Translations under genes and position numbers: made by a program
In this document: positions 16,785 through 20,000 of the stretch, piece after piece
How positions within the stretch are numbered: position 1 is the stretch's first letter
Layout: the number at the start of each line of letters is the position of its first letter
Origin: an uncultured virus (IMG/VR IMGVR_UViG_3300028571_002018)
Taxonomy: Duplodnaviria; Heunggongvirae; Uroviricota; Caudoviricetes
Direction: 5' to 3' (one strand)
Length of the DNA: 20,000 nucleotides
IMG/VR virus record: IMGVR_UViG_3300028571_002018
The notes under the pieces: generated by a model
What the model saw: the letters and a program-made list of their open reading frames with translations, nothing else
Databases searched by the model: none
What the model was told of the DNA's origin: nothing

Positions 16785-16838
16785 TGGAGTTCCTTGGGAC
16801 TTGAACCCAGAGCTTATGTAAGCGTCTGCCTTGTCGCC

Positions 16839-16854
16839 AAAATTCCCCTACTTT
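16839..16854. promoter_or_regulatory. Recurrent motif AAAATTCCCCTACTTT, copy 3
   Basis: Identical to 11469-11484; lies in a divergent intergenic region. Confidence 0.5.
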
Positions 16855-16979
16855 TTAAGATTGAAGTCACTCTTGCAGTGGCGATGGACCCATCCAACCT
16901 ATTTTTTTCGGCCACTACCAAATCACCGGAAGTTACTGCCAAAATAGGCCAATTTTGACAAATCTGGATGTTTCTGCTC

Positions 16980-17210
16980 ATGGCTAAGCCCACATCGGAC
17001 ATTCTTACTATCACAGAAGTTGCAGAGTATTTGAAGGTCGCAGAACGGACGCTTTACCGGTTAGCCGCAGCAAGAAAGGTCCCCGCCTTCAAGGTTGGTG
17101 GTACTTGGCGGTTTTCTCGCGCGGATATTGATAAGTGGATCAAACAACAGTCCCTGGTTGCCCAGGAAAACGATATCCACGTCGTAACAAAAGGGAGTGG
17201 ACTGAAATGA
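16980..17210 (+). CDS. Excisionase-family (HTH_17) DNA-binding protein
   Basis: ILTITEVAEYLKVAERTLYRLAAARKVPAFKVGGTWRFSRADIDKWI; alternative start at 16968. Confidence 0.88.
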   Translation: MAKPTSDILTITEVAEYLKVAERTLYRLAAARKVPAFKVGGTWRFSRADIDKWIKQQSLVAQENDIHVVTKGSGLK

Positions 17211-17286
17211 ATAAATTCTGGAAAGATGGCAACACAGACCATCATCAAGTCTTCGCACATGTTGAAACTGAGTCGGGAAGCTGCGA

Positions 17287-20000
17287 ATGACTGGCCGCTG
17301 GAAGACGATTTCGCCGTCCCAGTTTCCGTGGGAGCAGGATGCACTCGACTTTGTGCAGCGCGCGTTGCCCAACCGCGAGCCCTTCCGGGCCTACAGTAAC
17401 TTCGAGTTTGTCGCCGACGACGGGAGCATTAACGAAGTCGATTTGCTGATCATTTCGCGCTACAGCATTTTCCTCGTTGAGATCAAAAGCCGCCCTGGGG
17501 AAGTAAGTGGCGATTCGCACACCTGGATCTGGCGCGACGGCGCCCGGGAATACTTTGACGACAACCCCTTGCTGCTCACAAACCGGAAGGCAAAAAAGCT
17601 CGCGTCGCTGCTGCGAAAGCAACTGACCGTTCAGAAACGTCGCACACCCTACATCCAGTCGCTGGTCTTCCTGTCCGACCCTGCGCAACGTTGCAAGCTC
17701 ACCGGTCCTGCTCGGGAAAATGTCCATTTGCGGGCCGACATTGCCAGCAAATTGTTCGATGAAGCGGCTCCTGTTGCCAGCGCGCAGCCGATAGACCGTG
17801 ATCTGGCCACGTCACTCAATCGGGCGCTGGAAACGATCGGCATCCGTCCGCCGCAGCAAAGCCGGCGCGTTGGCGACTACCAGCTCGAACAAGTTCTGGC
17901 TGAGACCGACTTTCACCAAGACTGGCTTGCCAAGCACGTATCGCTCACCAACCTGCGCCGACGTGTTCGTCTGTACACCGCCAAACGCACGCTCAACGCT
18001 GCACAGCGCTCCATGCTCGCCGACGCAGCTCGGCGCGAGTTTCAGTTGCTTGAGGGCATCCGCCACCCAGGTATCCTGCGCGCTTCAGACTTCATCGACA
18101 GCGAGCACGGGCCTGCCCTGATCTTTGAGTACGACGAAGGACTCCAGCGACTCGACCACTTCATCCGGGCGCAAGGGGAACACCTCGATCTCTGGCAGCG
18201 GTTGAAGCTTGTCCGCGCCATTGCCGAGGCGCTGGATGCTGCTCACCGCTACCGCCTCTACCACCGAGGCCTGTCGCCGCAGACCATTATGGTTAGGACT
18301 GTTGGTGCCAATTCGTTCGATGTCACCATCTTCGACTGGCAGATCGCCACGCGCCAGTTGCAAGAGGCCGAAGGTGAGACAACCGGAACGCTGCATGTCG
18401 AGATGCTTTCGGACCGTGTAGCTCAAGAGATCTACCTCGCCCCAGAAGCTCGCATTGCGCCCAGACCCGACTCCATCAAGTTGGACCTGTTTTCGCTCGG
18501 AGCCATCTCCTATTTTGTGCTTGCGGGCGAACCTCCCGCCATCAGCGGTGATGAGCTGGTCACCAAGTGCGAACAAGGGCCCGGCCTCACTTTGTCATCC
18601 ATGGTCAACGGATGCCTGGCCGAGATAGAGGAACTCATCCAGTTCGCCACCTGGCCCTCTCCTGATGATCGGTTCAGCTCGACCAACGAATTCTTGGCCG
18701 CCCTCGACAAGGCAGAAGAAGCCCTCGAGGATGCCCTGACCGCACCCGCTTCACCGCTGACGTCCCCGCTGGAGGCCAACACAGGCAACGAACTCAATGG
18801 CTTTGAAGTCATTCGCCGACTTGGCAAGGGCGGCACAAGTTTGGCCCTTGAAGTACGCCGCCAAGGATCTGGGCAACCGCGCCAGGGCGTATTCAAGATC
18901 GCGTTGGAACCAGAGTACAACGAGCGGCTCAAGCGCGAAGCTGAAACGCTCGTGCGGCTGCAGCCCCACCAGAACATCGTCCAGTGCTTTGAACGCTTCG
19001 AAATTGCGGGGCTGGCGACTTTGTTCCTGTCCTCCGCAGGAGATGAAACGCTGGGCGAACGTCTCCGTCAAGAGGGTCGACTGGGTTTGGACCTACTGCA
19101 GCGGTTCGGTGAGGAGCTGATATCGGTTGTGGAATACCTCGAACGCGAGGGCGTACCGCACCGCGACATCAAGCCAGACAACATCGGCATACGCCCGGGG
19201 ACCGGCAAACGACTCACCCTCACGCTGTTTGACTTCTCGCTGGCAGGAGTTCCGGCCACCGATCTGAATGCGGGTACGCGGGTCTACATGGATCCGTTCC
19301 TGCGCAAACGCGGTATGTGGGACGGGTATGCCGAGCGCTACTCCTGCGCGCTGACCTTGCACGAAATGGCCACCGGGACTTTGCCCGAATGGGGTGACGG
19401 CAGCGCAGACCCGGCGACCCTAAAAACAGAAATCGTTCTGGACTCAGAGCGTTTTGATGCGTCGATTCGCAAGCAAGCACTCGACTTTTTTGTCCGTGCA
19501 CTGTCACGCGATCACCGGAAACGCTTTGACAACGCTGAGCAGATGCTGCGTCAGTGGCGCAAAGTGTTCGAGAACGTCTCGCGGCCAGTTACCTCCCATT
19601 CCACCAAAACACCACAAACCGATCTGCCCTTTGGAGATGAGCCAGCGGCCAGCGAAGGAGGCATCACACCAGCCACACCTCTCGGCTCGCTGGAACTGGA
19701 TTCTCGACATCTCGAACTGCTCGATCGAATTGGCCACGATGAACTGGCCACCGCAGGGGATTTGGCCGACTTGCCGCGCAATCGCCTTTACCGACACCGA
19801 GGCATTGCGCTGGCTGTGGCGCGTGAATTGCACCAAATTGCTGACCGACTGCGGCAACAGTTCAGCGGTGGCGCGGCCAAAGACGATCAGCCCGCAGACA
19901 CCACAGTTGCCAAGCTGTCGGTGGATGCTGCAGCCGCGCTGCTCGTGCCAAAGAAAGGCGACGACGCACAACTCCAGGCTCTGGAGGCTTGGCTTGGCTT
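17287..20000 (+). CDS. pglW: BREX type 2 (Pgl) serine/threonine kinase PglW, 3'-truncated by window
   Basis: Absent from the track, consistent with a frame open to the window end. Hand translation gives MTGRWKTISPSQFPWEQDALDF...NFEFVADDGSINEVDLL...LVEIKS (NERD domain), a degenerate kinase (HRGLSPQTI, FDWQ) and an intact kinase (LGKGGTS, VFK, HRDIKPDNI, DFSL). Confidence 0.9.
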   Translation, partial: MTGRWKTISPSQFPWEQDALDFVQRALPNREPFRAYSNFEFVADDGSINEVDLLIISRYSIFLVEIKSRPGEVSGDSHTWIWRDGAREYFDDNPLLLTNRKAKKLASLLRKQLTVQKRRTPYIQSLVFLSDPAQRCKLTGPARENVHLRADIASKLFDEAAPVASAQPIDRDLATSLNRALETIGIRPPQQSRRVGDYQLEQVLAETDFHQDWLAKHVSLTNLRRRVRLYTAKRTLNAAQRSMLADAARREFQLLEGIRHPGILRASDFIDSEHGPALIFEYDEGLQRLDHFIRAQGEHLDLWQRLKLVRAIAEALDAAHRYRLYHRGLSPQTIMVRTVGANSFDVTIFDWQIATRQLQEAEGETTGTLHVEMLSDRVAQEIYLAPEARIAPRPDSIKLDLFSLGAISYFVLAGEPPAISGDELVTKCEQGPGLTLSSMVNGCLAEIEELIQFATWPSPDDRFSSTNEFLAALDKAEEALEDALTAPASPLTSPLEANTGNELNGFEVIRRLGKGGTSLALEVRRQGSGQPRQGVFKIALEPEYNERLKREAETLVRLQPHQNIVQCFERFEIAGLATLFLSSAGDETLGERLRQEGRLGLDLLQRFGEELISVVEYLEREGVPHRDIKPDNIGIRPGTGKRLTLTLFDFSLAGVPATDLNAGTRVYMDPFLRKRGMWDGYAERYSCALTLHEMATGTLPEWGDGSADPATLKTEIVLDSERFDASIRKQALDFFVRALSRDHRKRFDNAEQMLRQWRKVFENVSRPVTSHSTKTPQTDLPFGDEPAASEGGITPATPLGSLELDSRHLELLDRIGHDELATAGDLADLPRNRLYRHRGIALAVARELHQIADRLRQQFSGGAAKDDQPADTTVAKLSVDAAAALLVPKKGDDAQLQALEAWLG

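Noticed and set aside
17245..19971. Numerous short ORFs listed across 17.2-20 kb
   Set aside because: All overlap the pglW reading frame.
1..20000. CRISPR array, rRNA or IS transposase
   Set aside because: No regularly spaced repeats, rRNA-like sequence or transposase motifs were seen.

Overview
This window looks like a betaproteobacterial accessory or defence island; the taxonomy is inferred from protein similarity only. Positions 1-2.9 kb are the GC-rich end of an integrative or prophage-like element: a DUF2924 gene, a large serine recombinase, two paralogous HTH-like accessory genes and two terminators. A small HTH gene and an AbiEi/AbiEii type IV toxin-antitoxin pair follow. Then comes a mostly minus-strand, lower-GC cargo array of about 12 kb: hypothetical, Sir2, HDAC, PcfJ-like, a plus-strand tandem RHH regulator, a degenerate PLD-like protein, RtcB, a Mesh1-like HD hydrolase, two Cys-motif hypotheticals and a cpYpsA SLOG fusion. 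The window ends with an excisionase-type HTH gene and the 5' part of pglW (BREX type 2/Pgl). The most striking unannotated signals are two non-canonical tRNA-like elements. One starts 4 nt after the rtcB stop and has about 114 nt in place of its anticodon loop (8460-8641, minus strand). The other is a compact pseudo-tRNA on an extended stem (14035-14103, plus strand). Both fold with a 7-bp acceptor stem plus a 6-bp T-stem and lack CCA. A recurring AAAATTCCCCT(ACTTT) motif marks three divergent intergenic regions. All calls were made by eye, with no database searches.
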